Part shown: positions 50,730 through 59,987 of the stretch, in pieces | Numbering within the stretch: position 1 is the stretch's first letter | Layout of the letters: the number at the start of each line of letters is the position of its first letter | Source of the DNA: an uncultured Clostridia bacterium | GTDB taxonomy: Bacteria > Acidobacteriota > Aminicenantia > UBA2199 | Direction of reading: 5' to 3' | Length of the DNA stretch: 64,000 nt | Assembly: GCA_964628035.1 (NCBI GenBank) | Contig: CAZVPI010000008.1 | Coordinates: 29,437 to 93,436, forward strand | Program-made: the position numbers and the translations under genes | The notes under the pieces: model-generated | What the model was told of the DNA's origin: nothing | Database searches by the model: none | Seen by the model: only the letters and a program-made list of their open reading frames with translations

Positions 50730-52979
50730 CTATTTCTCAATTCTAGATTCTTCCAGCTCCGCATCAGATCCATACTTATACTGGTACGAATAATACCCCG
50801 ATCCAGCCTTGCGCGCGTTGAGCTTGTTCAGGATGACGCCGAAGAGCTTGATGCCGAACTTGGCGATCTCGTCGCGCGCCTTCTCGATGGTCTTGCGCGG
50901 CGTCTTGCCGCCCAGGGTGACCAGGATGATGCCGTCGCCCTGCTCGCCCAGCAGGATGGCGTCGGAGCCGGCCATCAGCGGCGGCGTGTCGATGAAGACG
51001 TGGTCGTAGCGGTTCTTGAGGCTCTCCAGCAGCTCCCTCATGGCCCTGGAGGTAAGGAGCTCGGCCGGGTTGGGCGGCACCGGGCCCGAGGGGATCAGCT
51101 GAAGGTTGGGCTCGCCCGGGCACTCGTGGACGATCTCGTCCAGGCTCGAGCGGCCGACCAGGTGCGAGGTCAGGCCCGAGGTGTTCTTCAGGCGGAAGAC
51201 CTTGTGCAGGCGCGGACGGCGCAGGTCGCAATCGACGGCCAGGACCTTGCGCCCCTGCTGGGCGAAGGCCACGGCCAAATTGATGGTCGTCACCGTCTTG
51301 CCCTCCTGGGGCAGCGGCGAGGTGGCGACCATGACCTTGGGCGGATGGTCGGGGGCCAGCAGCAGCGAGGTGCGGATGTAGCGGTAGTGCTCGGCGATCA
51401 TCGACTCGGGCTCGCGCAGGTTGATCAGCTCCACCGCCTTGGGCTTGCCGTCTTCTTCCTGCCTCTTGCGCTCGGAGTAATAGGGCTGGTACAAGTGGCG
51501 CTTGGCCGCCAGCGAGGTGTCGGGGACGAAGCCCAGGGCCGGCAGGCGCAACAGCTTTTCCACGTCCTCGGGCGACTTGACCGTGTTGTCCAGGTACTTG
51601 AGGGCGAAGACGACGAACACGCCCAGGCCCAGGCCCAGCATCAGGGCCATCAGCAGCGTGCGCCTGCGGTTGGGCGAGAAGGGGCCGGGCGGCACCTCGG
51701 CGCGGTCGACGATCTTGATGTTGGAGGTCTGCAGCCCCTCCAGGCGCGCCGAGAGCATCGACTCCTTCTCCTTGCGCGTCAGGTGGTCGAGGAGGCTGCG
51801 CATGTTCTCGACCTCGATCTTCAGGCTGTTGTAATAGATGGCGCTGGCGTTGCTGGAGACCACGCTCCCCTTCTGCTGGGTCAGCATCTCCTGCAGCGAG
51901 TTCTCCTTCTTGAGCGCCGCCTGGTACTCGGCCTCGGCCTGGTTCAGGACTTTGCGGGCGATGTCGGCCGTCTCCTCGGCGATGCGCTTCTGCAAGGCGT
52001 CCAGCTGGGTCTTCAGCCGCTGCATCTCGGGGTAGGAGTCCTGGAAGATCTGCGACTTGCGCTTGTACTCCGACTCCTTGCTCGAGTACTCCTGCTTCAG
52101 GCCGGTGATCAGGGCGCTGGCGCGCACCTCGGAGTAGTTGTCGTAGGATTTGCTGCGCAGCTCGCGGTAGAGAGACTCGCGGTTGATGCGCTCGATCTGG
52201 GCGGCGGTGAAGGCGGCGTTCAGGTCGGAGAGCTTCTGCACCACGGTGCTGTCCTCGCCGCGGATGTAATACAACTCCTTGCGCTTGCCGTATTCCTGCA
52301 GCTCCTGCTCCTTCTGCGCCAGCGAGCGGCGCATGTCCTCGATCTGGGCGGTGAGGAACTCGGAGGCCTGCTGCGACGACTCGGCCTTCATCTCCAGGTT
52401 GAACTCGACGAACTTGTCGAACAGGGTGTTGACGGCGAAGGCGGCCAGCTTGGGGTCTGGGGAAACGTAGGTCACCTCCAGCAGGCGGGTGTTCTCGACG
52501 TTGGCGACCTGCAGCGAGCCCAGGAACCCCGAGATGGCGCCGCTCAGGCGCAGTCGCGCCGCGGCCTCCGGATCTTCAGCCTCTTCTTTCCCCTGCTCCT
52601 TGTCCCCCTTCTTCCCGTCGGACTTGGGCAACGGGGCGAACTTCTCCAGCTCCTCGATCACCTTGCGGGCCAGGGAGCGGCTGGTCAGCACGCGGATCTG
52701 GGTGTTGAGGTACTCGTTGTTCCAGTCGTTGTCGTAGGCGTACCACTGGTTGAGCAGGTTCAACTGTCCTCGCCCCTCCTTCTCGATCAGCAGCGTGCCG
52801 CGCGCCTTGAACAGCGGCGTCTGCATCTGCACGCGCACCAGGGCGGCCAGCAGCACGGCGCCGGCGACGAACAGGATGAGCCTGTACTGGCTGCGTACCA
52901 GATCCCAGATCTCGTGAAAGTTGATCCCCTCCTCGGCCAGCAGGTCTTCGTTCGCCGCGATTCCGCTCATGGGGTTCAT
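50730..52979 (-). CDS. Polysaccharide co-polymerase / tyrosine autokinase (Wzc/EpsB-like), paralogue 1
   Basis: N-terminal Wzz/GumC domain with two TM segments. C-terminal Walker A in TSPLPQEGKTVTTINLA, Walker B VFIDTPPL, and DxD. About 60-65% identical to the ORF at 56725-58965. Confidence 0.85.
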   Translation of the reverse strand: MNPMSGIAANEDLLAEEGINFHEIWDLVRSQYRLILFVAGAVLLAALVRVQMQTPLFKARGTLLIEKEGRGQLNLLNQWYAYDNDWNNEYLNTQIRVLTSRSLARKVIEELEKFAPLPKSDGKKGDKEQGKEEAEDPEAAARLRLSGAISGFLGSLQVANVENTRLLEVTYVSPDPKLAAFAVNTLFDKFVEFNLEMKAESSQQASEFLTAQIEDMRRSLAQKEQELQEYGKRKELYYIRGEDSTVVQKLSDLNAAFTAAQIERINRESLYRELRSKSYDNYSEVRASALITGLKQEYSSKESEYKRKSQIFQDSYPEMQRLKTQLDALQKRIAEETADIARKVLNQAEAEYQAALKKENSLQEMLTQQKGSVVSSNASAIYYNSLKIEVENMRSLLDHLTRKEKESMLSARLEGLQTSNIKIVDRAEVPPGPFSPNRRRTLLMALMLGLGLGVFVVFALKYLDNTVKSPEDVEKLLRLPALGFVPDTSLAAKRHLYQPYYSERKRQEEDGKPKAVELINLREPESMIAEHYRYIRTSLLLAPDHPPKVMVATSPLPQEGKTVTTINLAVAFAQQGRKVLAVDCDLRRPRLHKVFRLKNTSGLTSHLVGRSSLDEIVHECPGEPNLQLIPSGPVPPNPAELLTSRAMRELLESLKNRYDHVFIDTPPLMAGSDAILLGEQGDGIILVTLGGKTPRKTIEKARDEIAKFGIKLFGVILNKLNARKAGSGYYSYQYKYGSDAELEESRIEK

Positions 52980-54580
52980 TGTACCACGATTTTGACCGCG
53001 ACCTTGCTCTCGAAGCGCAACAGCGGGGCGCCTATGACGAATTTTGCCGGAAGTTCCCCGCCGTAGCTTTCGGCGGCGATCTTCTCATCGACGAACACCT
53101 GCACCAGCTGCCCAGAACCGATCTTGGCGCGCCAAGCCGGGTCGATCGTCACCTCGATCTCGGGCTGGTTGAACAGGAACGCATAGTGGGGAGCGTTGAA
53201 GCGGTTGATCACCAGGAAGCGGCTTTCGGCCACCTGGGCCAGCCTGGCGTCAAGCTCGGGATCGGGACGGCCATCGGCGCCCAGGACGTTGCGGATGCGC
53301 TGCACCCGCCACAAGACGTCCTGGTTGTCGGGCTGGTTCTCGTAGAGCTCGCGGGCGACGGCCTCGGCGGCGGTCATCAGCTTGCTGCAGTAATAGGAGT
53401 CGGCCAACAGCAGCAGGATGTCGGTGTAATCGGCGGCCTGCTCCTTTTTTATGAACGAGATCCCCTTGCGTATGGCCTCGATCTCGGAAATCACGCCGCC
53501 GTAATCCCCCTTCCTGAAGGCGATCATCGTCTTCAGCCGCAGCGAGGGGAAGTCGTTCTCCTTGAAGTAGTTGCGGTCCTGCAGGAGCTTCTGCAGCTGG
53601 TCGAGCTCGCCCAGCCCCGGGTGCTCGGCGATGAAATACTCGATGATCTCGCGCAGCCGCGCTGCCTGCTTCGCGTCGGTCCGGGCCGGGGCGATCAGGG
53701 CGTCGATGGCCCCGATCAGCAGCGTGCGCCGCAGCTTGAGGAACTTGTCGCGGTCGAAGCCAGCATCCGGGTGCAGGCGGCTGTAGCCCTTGATGGACCG
53801 GGCCTGGCTCAACAGGGAGAGCGATTGTTCCAGGCTGGCCCCGCCCTGCAGGTTCAGCTCGTTATGTCGACGCTCCAGGCTGTCGAGGGTGTTGGCTTCA
53901 TGGAGGGCCAGCATCTCCCAGCGCTTGGCCAGCGGCAGGCCGGAGACGGTCAGCTGGTCGGCCGCCGGCCCGAAAAAGTCGGGCTTCAGCTGCAGCAGCC
54001 GCATCAGCAGGGGGACGTCCTGGACGTAAAGCGACCAGGCCTCGACCAGGGGGCTGAACTCGCTCCAACCGACATAGGGCATGACCCCGGCGAGGAGCTC
54101 GGAGCAGAATTTCCGGTCCGGCTCCTCCAGGAGCGGCCACAGCGAGAAGAACATGCGGCCGCAGTCGAGGGCGATGTTCTTGTTGCTGCCGCGGATCGAG
54201 GCGGCGCGCTTGAGCTCGCGCACGCCGAGCTCGAAATAGTCGTTGTCCACGGCGCTGAAGCGCAGATAGGCCTTGGACAGGTAGTAACGGGCCTGGTAAT
54301 CGAGGGGGTTGCGGCCGATGCCCTTGGCCAGCAGGCGCATGGCCTGCTTGATCTGGGCCTCGCTCCCGCCGCCCTCGCCCGCCTCCAGCAGGGCGAAGGC
54401 GGTGTCGGTGTGCAGGCGGCTCGAGAGGGAGAGGTCGATCAGCCTCAGCGGGGGCTTGGCGGGTTTCGCGCCGGCGCCGGGCGTCGAAGCAAGGAGGAGC
54501 GACAGCTCGGCGGCGAACTGGACCAGGAAGAACAGCCCCAGGAGCAGGGCGAAAAGGATGAGAAGCCTGCTAGATCTCAT
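52976..54580 (-). CDS. Exported hypothetical protein, TPR-like
   Basis: Signal peptide MRSSRLLILFALLLGLFFLVQF. Protein-like composition. Start and stop overlap the flanking genes (ATGA). Confidence 0.55.
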   Translation of the reverse strand: MRSSRLLILFALLLGLFFLVQFAAELSLLLASTPGAGAKPAKPPLRLIDLSLSSRLHTDTAFALLEAGEGGGSEAQIKQAMRLLAKGIGRNPLDYQARYYLSKAYLRFSAVDNDYFELGVRELKRAASIRGSNKNIALDCGRMFFSLWPLLEEPDRKFCSELLAGVMPYVGWSEFSPLVEAWSLYVQDVPLLMRLLQLKPDFFGPAADQLTVSGLPLAKRWEMLALHEANTLDSLERRHNELNLQGGASLEQSLSLLSQARSIKGYSRLHPDAGFDRDKFLKLRRTLLIGAIDALIAPARTDAKQAARLREIIEYFIAEHPGLGELDQLQKLLQDRNYFKENDFPSLRLKTMIAFRKGDYGGVISEIEAIRKGISFIKKEQAADYTDILLLLADSYYCSKLMTAAEAVARELYENQPDNQDVLWRVQRIRNVLGADGRPDPELDARLAQVAESRFLVINRFNAPHYAFLFNQPEIEVTIDPAWRAKIGSGQLVQVFVDEKIAAESYGGELPAKFVIGAPLLRFESKVAVKIVVQ

Positions 54581-55934
54581 GGCTGAACTCGCGGCGGTGG
54601 GTGGCCAGCTTGATCCCCAGCGCCAGCAGGGCCAGGAACAGGAAGGCGTTGGCCGGGATGCGCAGGGAGAAGTCGAAGAAGGAGTGGAAGAAGGCGGCGA
54701 AGACGGCGGTCAGGACGCCCAGCACGGCCGGCTTGACCTCGGGATGGCGGCGGGAGATCCACATGCGCAGGAGCGAGAAGACGATGACGGCCAGCAGGGC
54801 CATGAAAACGACGAAGGCCGGGAGGCCCATGTCGGCCAGCGACTCGACATACTCGTTGTGGGCATGGTTCACCCAGCCCGTCTCCTTGCCGTAGAGGAAG
54901 TAGGCGTACTTGAACGTGCCCAGCCCGGTGCCGAACAGGGGGAAATCGCCGAACATCTTCAGCGAGTTCGCCCAGTAATCGACACGGCCGCCCTCGATGT
55001 AGTTCCCGGCGAGAAACTTCTCCAGCGTGCTCTGCAAGCCGACGAACACGGCCAGCAGCGTGCCCAGGATGAAGACCAGGCGCAGGTGGCGGCGGGCGTT
55101 GAAATTCACCCGCAGGTAGACCGACATCTGGGCGAAGAAGAGGACCGAAAGCACCAGGACGGCGATGCCGGAGCGGCAGCCGGTCAGGTAGATGGCGCCG
55201 GCCATCACCGCCGGAGCCAGGAACAGCAGGATGAGCGGGCGGTCGTCGGCCAGGTGCAGCACCTTGTCCTTCAGCGACTGGCCGGGATCGAAGAGATGGA
55301 GGCGGGCGAACAGAAGGCCCATGGCGACCGGGAAAAGCAATTCCAGGTAAAAGGAAAAGTGGTCGGCGTTGTAGATGGTGCCGCGCAGGAACTGCGAGGC
55401 GTGCTCGTCGGGCATGAAGAAGAGAAAGAAATTCTTGTTGCCGCCGCCCAGCTTCAGCAGCCCGAAAATGGCCTGGCCCACGCCCGAGGCCACGAGCGTG
55501 GAAAACAGGATGAAAATGTCGTTCCGGCTCCATTCGACGCGCAGCAAGGCGATGAAGAAGAGGGCATAGACCAGGAAGCGGCCCAGGGCCAGCAGCGTCT
55601 CGCCCGGGATCAGGCTCAGGGAGTGGAACGCGGGCAGCGAACCGGAAAGGTTCTGCAACACCCTGGCCCCTCCGGGGGAAAGCCATTTGAGCAGGAAAAT
55701 GGGCAGGGGAACGAGCTGCAGGACGATCAGCGCGAAGAAGACCAGGGCCAGGACCCTCATCGGCCGCTGGAAGAGAAACTGGTAGGGCGCCTGAGGACCC
55801 AGGAAAACCAGGAGGGAGAAGAGGGCGAACAGGGCAAAGCACAGGGGCTGCCAGACGCCGCCGGCGCATCCCAGGGGCAGGGGCGACAGCACCAGCAGGA
55901 CCTGCAGCAGCAGACGCAGGGTTTTTCGGCTCAT
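54570..55934 (-). CDS. O-antigen ligase / Wzy-type polymerase family membrane protein
   Basis: About 11 TM helices. A large periplasmic loop carries ...NHAHNEYVESLADMGLPAF, as in the Wzy_C/O-antigen ligase family. Confidence 0.75.
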   Translation of the reverse strand: MSRKTLRLLLQVLLVLSPLPLGCAGGVWQPLCFALFALFSLLVFLGPQAPYQFLFQRPMRVLALVFFALIVLQLVPLPIFLLKWLSPGGARVLQNLSGSLPAFHSLSLIPGETLLALGRFLVYALFFIALLRVEWSRNDIFILFSTLVASGVGQAIFGLLKLGGGNKNFFLFFMPDEHASQFLRGTIYNADHFSFYLELLFPVAMGLLFARLHLFDPGQSLKDKVLHLADDRPLILLFLAPAVMAGAIYLTGCRSGIAVLVLSVLFFAQMSVYLRVNFNARRHLRLVFILGTLLAVFVGLQSTLEKFLAGNYIEGGRVDYWANSLKMFGDFPLFGTGLGTFKYAYFLYGKETGWVNHAHNEYVESLADMGLPAFVVFMALLAVIVFSLLRMWISRRHPEVKPAVLGVLTAVFAAFFHSFFDFSLRIPANAFLFLALLALGIKLATHRREFSHEI

Positions 55935-56722
55935 GAGTCGCGCCTGCGGAAGAAGTCGAAGAACGAGCGCCTGGAATGGCTGGAAACCGGCTCGCCGATG
56001 TCGGGGATGGCCTCGTCGGCGAGGATGGCGGCCGGGATCCCTTCGAGGAACAGGTCGACTTTGTCAGGGTCGACGCCGGTGAGCAGGGCCCGGACATACG
56101 ACAAGCCGGGGCGGCGGCTCTCCAGGTCGTGGGCGTCGGAGGCGACGACGTGGACCAGGTTGTCCTGCAGCAGGTCGTAGGCGCAGCGCCGCGCCTCGTG
56201 GCCGAAATCGCCGCGGAAGCTGCCGGCGTTCACCTGGCACAGGGCGCCGGCCTTGACCAGCTCGCGCAGCACCGCGGGAGAGCGCTGGATCTCCTGGTTG
56301 CGCTCGGCGTGGGAGATGACCGGGATCAGGTCCTCGGTCTGCGCCTTGAAGATGAACTCCTTGGTGTGGGCGTAGACGTAGTCGGCCGGGAACTCGAGGA
56401 GGAAATAGGAGCCGTTGTTGATGGTCAGCAGGTCGCGGTTGGCCTTGAGAATGGCCAGCAGGTCGGTGGTGAAATAGACCTCGGCGCCCTGGACGATCTT
56501 CAACTTCAGGCCTTCCCTCTCCAGTTGCTTGCGCCAGCGGGCCCAGGACTTGCGCAGCCCGTCCAGGTCCTTGAACCTGGACATGCCGCTGCAGCAGTGC
56601 GGGGTGACGACGACGGTGTCGATGCCGTCGGCCTCGGCCAGGCGCAGCATGGCCAGCGAGGTCTCGTCGTCGCCGGCGCCGTCGTCGACGCCGGGCAGGT
56701 AGTGGCCGTGTAGATCGATCAT
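55931..56722 (-). CDS. PHP-family manganese-dependent protein-tyrosine phosphatase (CpsB/YwqE-like)
   Basis: The MIDLHGHYLPGVDDGA metal-binding motif. Downstream PHCCSG, HAER and VVASDAHD motifs. Confidence 0.85.
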   Translation of the reverse strand: MIDLHGHYLPGVDDGAGDDETSLAMLRLAEADGIDTVVVTPHCCSGMSRFKDLDGLRKSWARWRKQLEREGLKLKIVQGAEVYFTTDLLAILKANRDLLTINNGSYFLLEFPADYVYAHTKEFIFKAQTEDLIPVISHAERNQEIQRSPAVLRELVKAGALCQVNAGSFRGDFGHEARRCAYDLLQDNLVHVVASDAHDLESRRPGLSYVRALLTGVDPDKVDLFLEGIPAAILADEAIPDIGEPVSSHSRRSFFDFFRRRDS

Positions 56723-56724
56723 TT

Positions 56725-58965
56725 CTAGACTCTCCCCTCTTCCTCGGAGCGGTATTCTCCGTATTTGTAATGGTAGGGCGAATAGGCGTAGGCGAGGCGG
56801 CGCAGGTTGACCTTGTTCAGGATGAGACCGTACAGCTTGATGCTGAACCTGGCGATCTCGTCCCTGGCCTTCTGCACCACCTTGCGCGGCGTCTTGCCGC
56901 CCCAGGCCACCAGCAGCAGCCCGTCGGCATGCTCGCCCAGCAGGATGGCGTCCTGGATGCCCATCAGCGGCGGCGCGTCGATGAAGATGAAGTCGAAGTG
57001 CTGGCGCAGCGCCGCCATCATTTCGCGCATGCCCTTGGAGATGATCAGTTCCACCGGGTTGGGCGGGATGGGGCCCGAGGGCAGCACGTGCAGGTTGGGC
57101 TCGCCCGGGTAGCGGTGGATGATCTCCTCGATGCGGCCGCGGCCGGTGAGGAACGAGGAGATGCCGGCGGTGTTCTTGATGCGGAAGATCTTGTGCACGC
57201 GGGGGCGGCGCAGATCGGCGTCAAGGATCAGCACTTTTCTGCCCAGCTGGGCGAAGGCCACGGCCAGGTTGATGACGGTGACGGTCTTGCCCTCCTGGGG
57301 CAGGGCCGAGGTGGCCACGAAGACCTTGGGCGGCTGGTCGGGGTTGGAGAGGAGGAGCGAGGTGCGGATGTTGCGGTAGTGCTCGGCGAAGGTCGACTCG
57401 GGGTCGCGGAGGTTGACCAGTTCGATGGCCTTGATCTTCTCCTCGTTCTGCTGCTTCTTGCGGTCGGAGTAATAATGATTGTAGTAGGACTGGGCGGCCC
57501 GGACGCCGACGGCCGGGATGTAGCCCAGCGCCGGGAGCTTCAGGATTTTTTCCACCTCTTCGGGCGACTTGATGGTGTTGTCGAGGTAGTTCAGGGCGAA
57601 GATGAGGAAGATGCCGCCGCCGATGCCCAGCATCAGCGCCATCAGGATCGTGCGCTGCTTGTTGGGCGAGAAGGGGCGCTGGGGCACGCGGGCGCGGTCG
57701 ACGACCTTGATGTTGGAGGTCTCGGTCCCTTCCAGGCGCGAGGTGAGCATCGACTCCTTCTGCTTGCTGATCAGGAAGTTGAGCAGCGTGCGCATGTTCT
57801 CGACCTCGATCTTCAGGCTGTTGTAGTAGATGGCGTCGGCGTTGCTGGAGACCACGCTCCCCTTCTGCTGGTCGAGCATCTCCTGCAGGTAGTTCTCCTT
57901 CTTGAGCGCCGCCTGGTACTCGGCCTCGGCCTGGCCCAGCACCTTGCGGGCGATATCGTTCGTCTCCTCGCCGATGCGCTTCTGCAGGCCGTCCAGCTGC
58001 GAGCGCAGGCGCTGCATCTCGGGATAGGAGTCCTGGAAAATCTGCGACTTGCGCTTGTACTCCGACTCCTTGGCCGAGTACTCGGTCTTCAGGCTGGTGA
58101 TCAGCGGATTGTTGCGAACTTCCGAATAGCTGTCGAAGGTCTTGCCCTTCAGCTCCCGGTAGGTGGCCTCGTGGTTCACCCGCTCGATCTGCGCCTGGGT
58201 GAAGGCGGCGTTCAGGTCCGACAGCTTCTGCACCACCGTGCTGTCGCTGCCGCGGATGTAATACAGCTCCTTGCGCTTGCCGTACTCCTGCAGCTCCTGC
58301 TCCTTCTGGGCCAGCGAGCGGCGCATCTCCTCGATCTGGGCGGTCAGGAACTCGGCCGCCTGCTTGGTCGATTCGGCCTTCATCTCCAGGCTGAACTCGA
58401 TGAACTTGTCGAACAGGGTGTTGACCGAATGGGCGGCCAGCTTGGGGTCGGAGGAGACGTAGCTCACCTCCAGCAGGCGGGTGTCGGGGATCTGGCTGAC
58501 CCCCAGGCCGCCCAGGAAGGACATCGACTTGGCGTCGGCTATGAGTTCCTTGCGCGTCTCGGGGTCGACCTCCTTCTCCTTGCCGCCGAACAGGGGCTTC
58601 CTGGCCTTGGGTGCCCTGGCCTCGTTGCCGGGCAGGCGCTCCAGCTCCTCGACCACCTTCTGCGCCAGCGACTGGCTGGTCAGGATGCGGATCTGGGTGT
58701 TGATGTATTCGCCGCGGAAGTCGCTGTCGAAGGCCCAGTACTGGTTCAGCACGTTCAGGTTGCTGCGCCCCTCTTTTTCGATCAAAAGCGTCCCCTGGGC
58801 CCTGTACATGGGGGTTTGCAGCTGGACGCGTATCAGGGCCGCCAGCAGGACGAAGCCGGCGAAATAGTAGATGATCATGCGCCGCTTCTTGATGAGCTCC
58901 CAGATCTCATGGAAATGGATCCCTTCTTCCTGCAGCAGGTCCAGGCTTTCGTCGGCTGTGGCCAT
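56725..58965 (-). CDS. Polysaccharide co-polymerase / tyrosine autokinase (Wzc/EpsB-like), paralogue 2
   Basis: The start at MATADESLDLLQEEGIHFHEIW is an internal ATG of the track ORF; the upstream 36 codons are Arg/Ser-rich and not protein-like. Walker A TSALPQEGKTVTVINLA, Walker B IFIDAPPL. Confidence 0.85.
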   Translation of the reverse strand: MATADESLDLLQEEGIHFHEIWELIKKRRMIIYYFAGFVLLAALIRVQLQTPMYRAQGTLLIEKEGRSNLNVLNQYWAFDSDFRGEYINTQIRILTSQSLAQKVVEELERLPGNEARAPKARKPLFGGKEKEVDPETRKELIADAKSMSFLGGLGVSQIPDTRLLEVSYVSSDPKLAAHSVNTLFDKFIEFSLEMKAESTKQAAEFLTAQIEEMRRSLAQKEQELQEYGKRKELYYIRGSDSTVVQKLSDLNAAFTQAQIERVNHEATYRELKGKTFDSYSEVRNNPLITSLKTEYSAKESEYKRKSQIFQDSYPEMQRLRSQLDGLQKRIGEETNDIARKVLGQAEAEYQAALKKENYLQEMLDQQKGSVVSSNADAIYYNSLKIEVENMRTLLNFLISKQKESMLTSRLEGTETSNIKVVDRARVPQRPFSPNKQRTILMALMLGIGGGIFLIFALNYLDNTIKSPEEVEKILKLPALGYIPAVGVRAAQSYYNHYYSDRKKQQNEEKIKAIELVNLRDPESTFAEHYRNIRTSLLLSNPDQPPKVFVATSALPQEGKTVTVINLAVAFAQLGRKVLILDADLRRPRVHKIFRIKNTAGISSFLTGRGRIEEIIHRYPGEPNLHVLPSGPIPPNPVELIISKGMREMMAALRQHFDFIFIDAPPLMGIQDAILLGEHADGLLLVAWGGKTPRKVVQKARDEIARFSIKLYGLILNKVNLRRLAYAYSPYHYKYGEYRSEEEGRV

Positions 58966-58981
58966 GGTGCTCACGCTTCTC

Positions 58982-59845
58982 CTAGAGGATGCTCTCGGGG
59001 ACGAACACGACGTCGAAGGCCTGCAGGGCGAAGTCCTTCTGCCCGCCGCCCAGGATCTCCTTGACGTCGACATAGATTTTCTTTTCCCTGCCGTCCTCGG
59101 TGCGGGTGACCAGCACCTTGCCGCGGCGGGCGCGGTCGGTGAAGCCGCCGGCCTGGGCGATGGCGCGTAGCAGGGTCACCTCGTCGGTCCCTTTCTTCAT
59201 GCGCACGGCGCCCGGGTTCTTGACCTGGCCGAAGACATAGATGTCGAGGAACTGGCTCCCGGGCACGTTGATGATGTCGCCCGGGAAGATCGGGATGTTG
59301 TACCTGGGATTGGCCTTGACCAGCAGCTCGTCGAGCTTGATGGTCAGCGACAGGCCGGGGCCGCTCTTGAACTGGCGGAAGACGACCACCGAGTCGCTGG
59401 CCTGCTCGCTCAGGCCGCCGGCCATGGAGATGACCTGCAGCAGCGACTGGCGGCCGATCAGGTCGTGCTGGCCCGGGTTCTTGACCGCGCCCATGATCGA
59501 TATCTTCTTGCTCTGGAACTCCTTGATGAAGATCGTCACCTGGGCGTTTTTCAGGTAGTTCTTCTCCAGCCTGGTCGCAAGTTCCTTCTCGAGTTGCAAC
59601 CGGTTCAATCCCTCGGCCCGGATCTCACCCAGCAGCGGCAGGCTGATCATGCCGTTTTCAGAGACGCGGACCGTAATGTTCAACTCAGGGACTTCGAACA
59701 CGGAGATCTGCAACAGGTCCTTGGCGCCTATTTGATACTCGTAGGTTTGATCAGGAACGGAGCCAGCTTGCGCATGGATAAGACGTGGAAGCGGCAGTGA
59801 TAGGGATAGCAGAAAGATGAGACCCAGAGTTTTTTTGCTATTCAT
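58982..59845 (-). CDS. Polysaccharide export outer-membrane lipoprotein Wza (Poly_export + SLBB domains)
   Basis: Start MNSKKTLGLIFLLSLSL (signal). IGAKDLLQISVFEVPELN is the PES motif. Two SLBB-like repeats (...PGDIINVP...). Confidence 0.85.
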   Translation of the reverse strand: MNSKKTLGLIFLLSLSLPLPRLIHAQAGSVPDQTYEYQIGAKDLLQISVFEVPELNITVRVSENGMISLPLLGEIRAEGLNRLQLEKELATRLEKNYLKNAQVTIFIKEFQSKKISIMGAVKNPGQHDLIGRQSLLQVISMAGGLSEQASDSVVVFRQFKSGPGLSLTIKLDELLVKANPRYNIPIFPGDIINVPGSQFLDIYVFGQVKNPGAVRMKKGTDEVTLLRAIAQAGGFTDRARRGKVLVTRTEDGREKKIYVDVKEILGGGQKDFALQAFDVVFVPESIL

Positions 59846-59987
59846 GATTGGCTCCAAAAGAGAAGTGAAGAAGGATGGTGAAAGTGATTGTTCAGGAAAA
59901 ATTCCCAATGTCCTTTTTTAAAAGAGCTCGTCATCGGCTCGCTACTACCACGGTCACTACCTCTACCCCTCATAGCTCTTTTCATGT

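Noticed and set aside
50368-50793. 141-codon ORF inside the 460-bp family 3 element
   Set aside because: Its composition is not protein-like (Pro/Ser/Leu-rich). It lies wholly within a terminal-inverted-repeat-bounded repeat and has no RBS.
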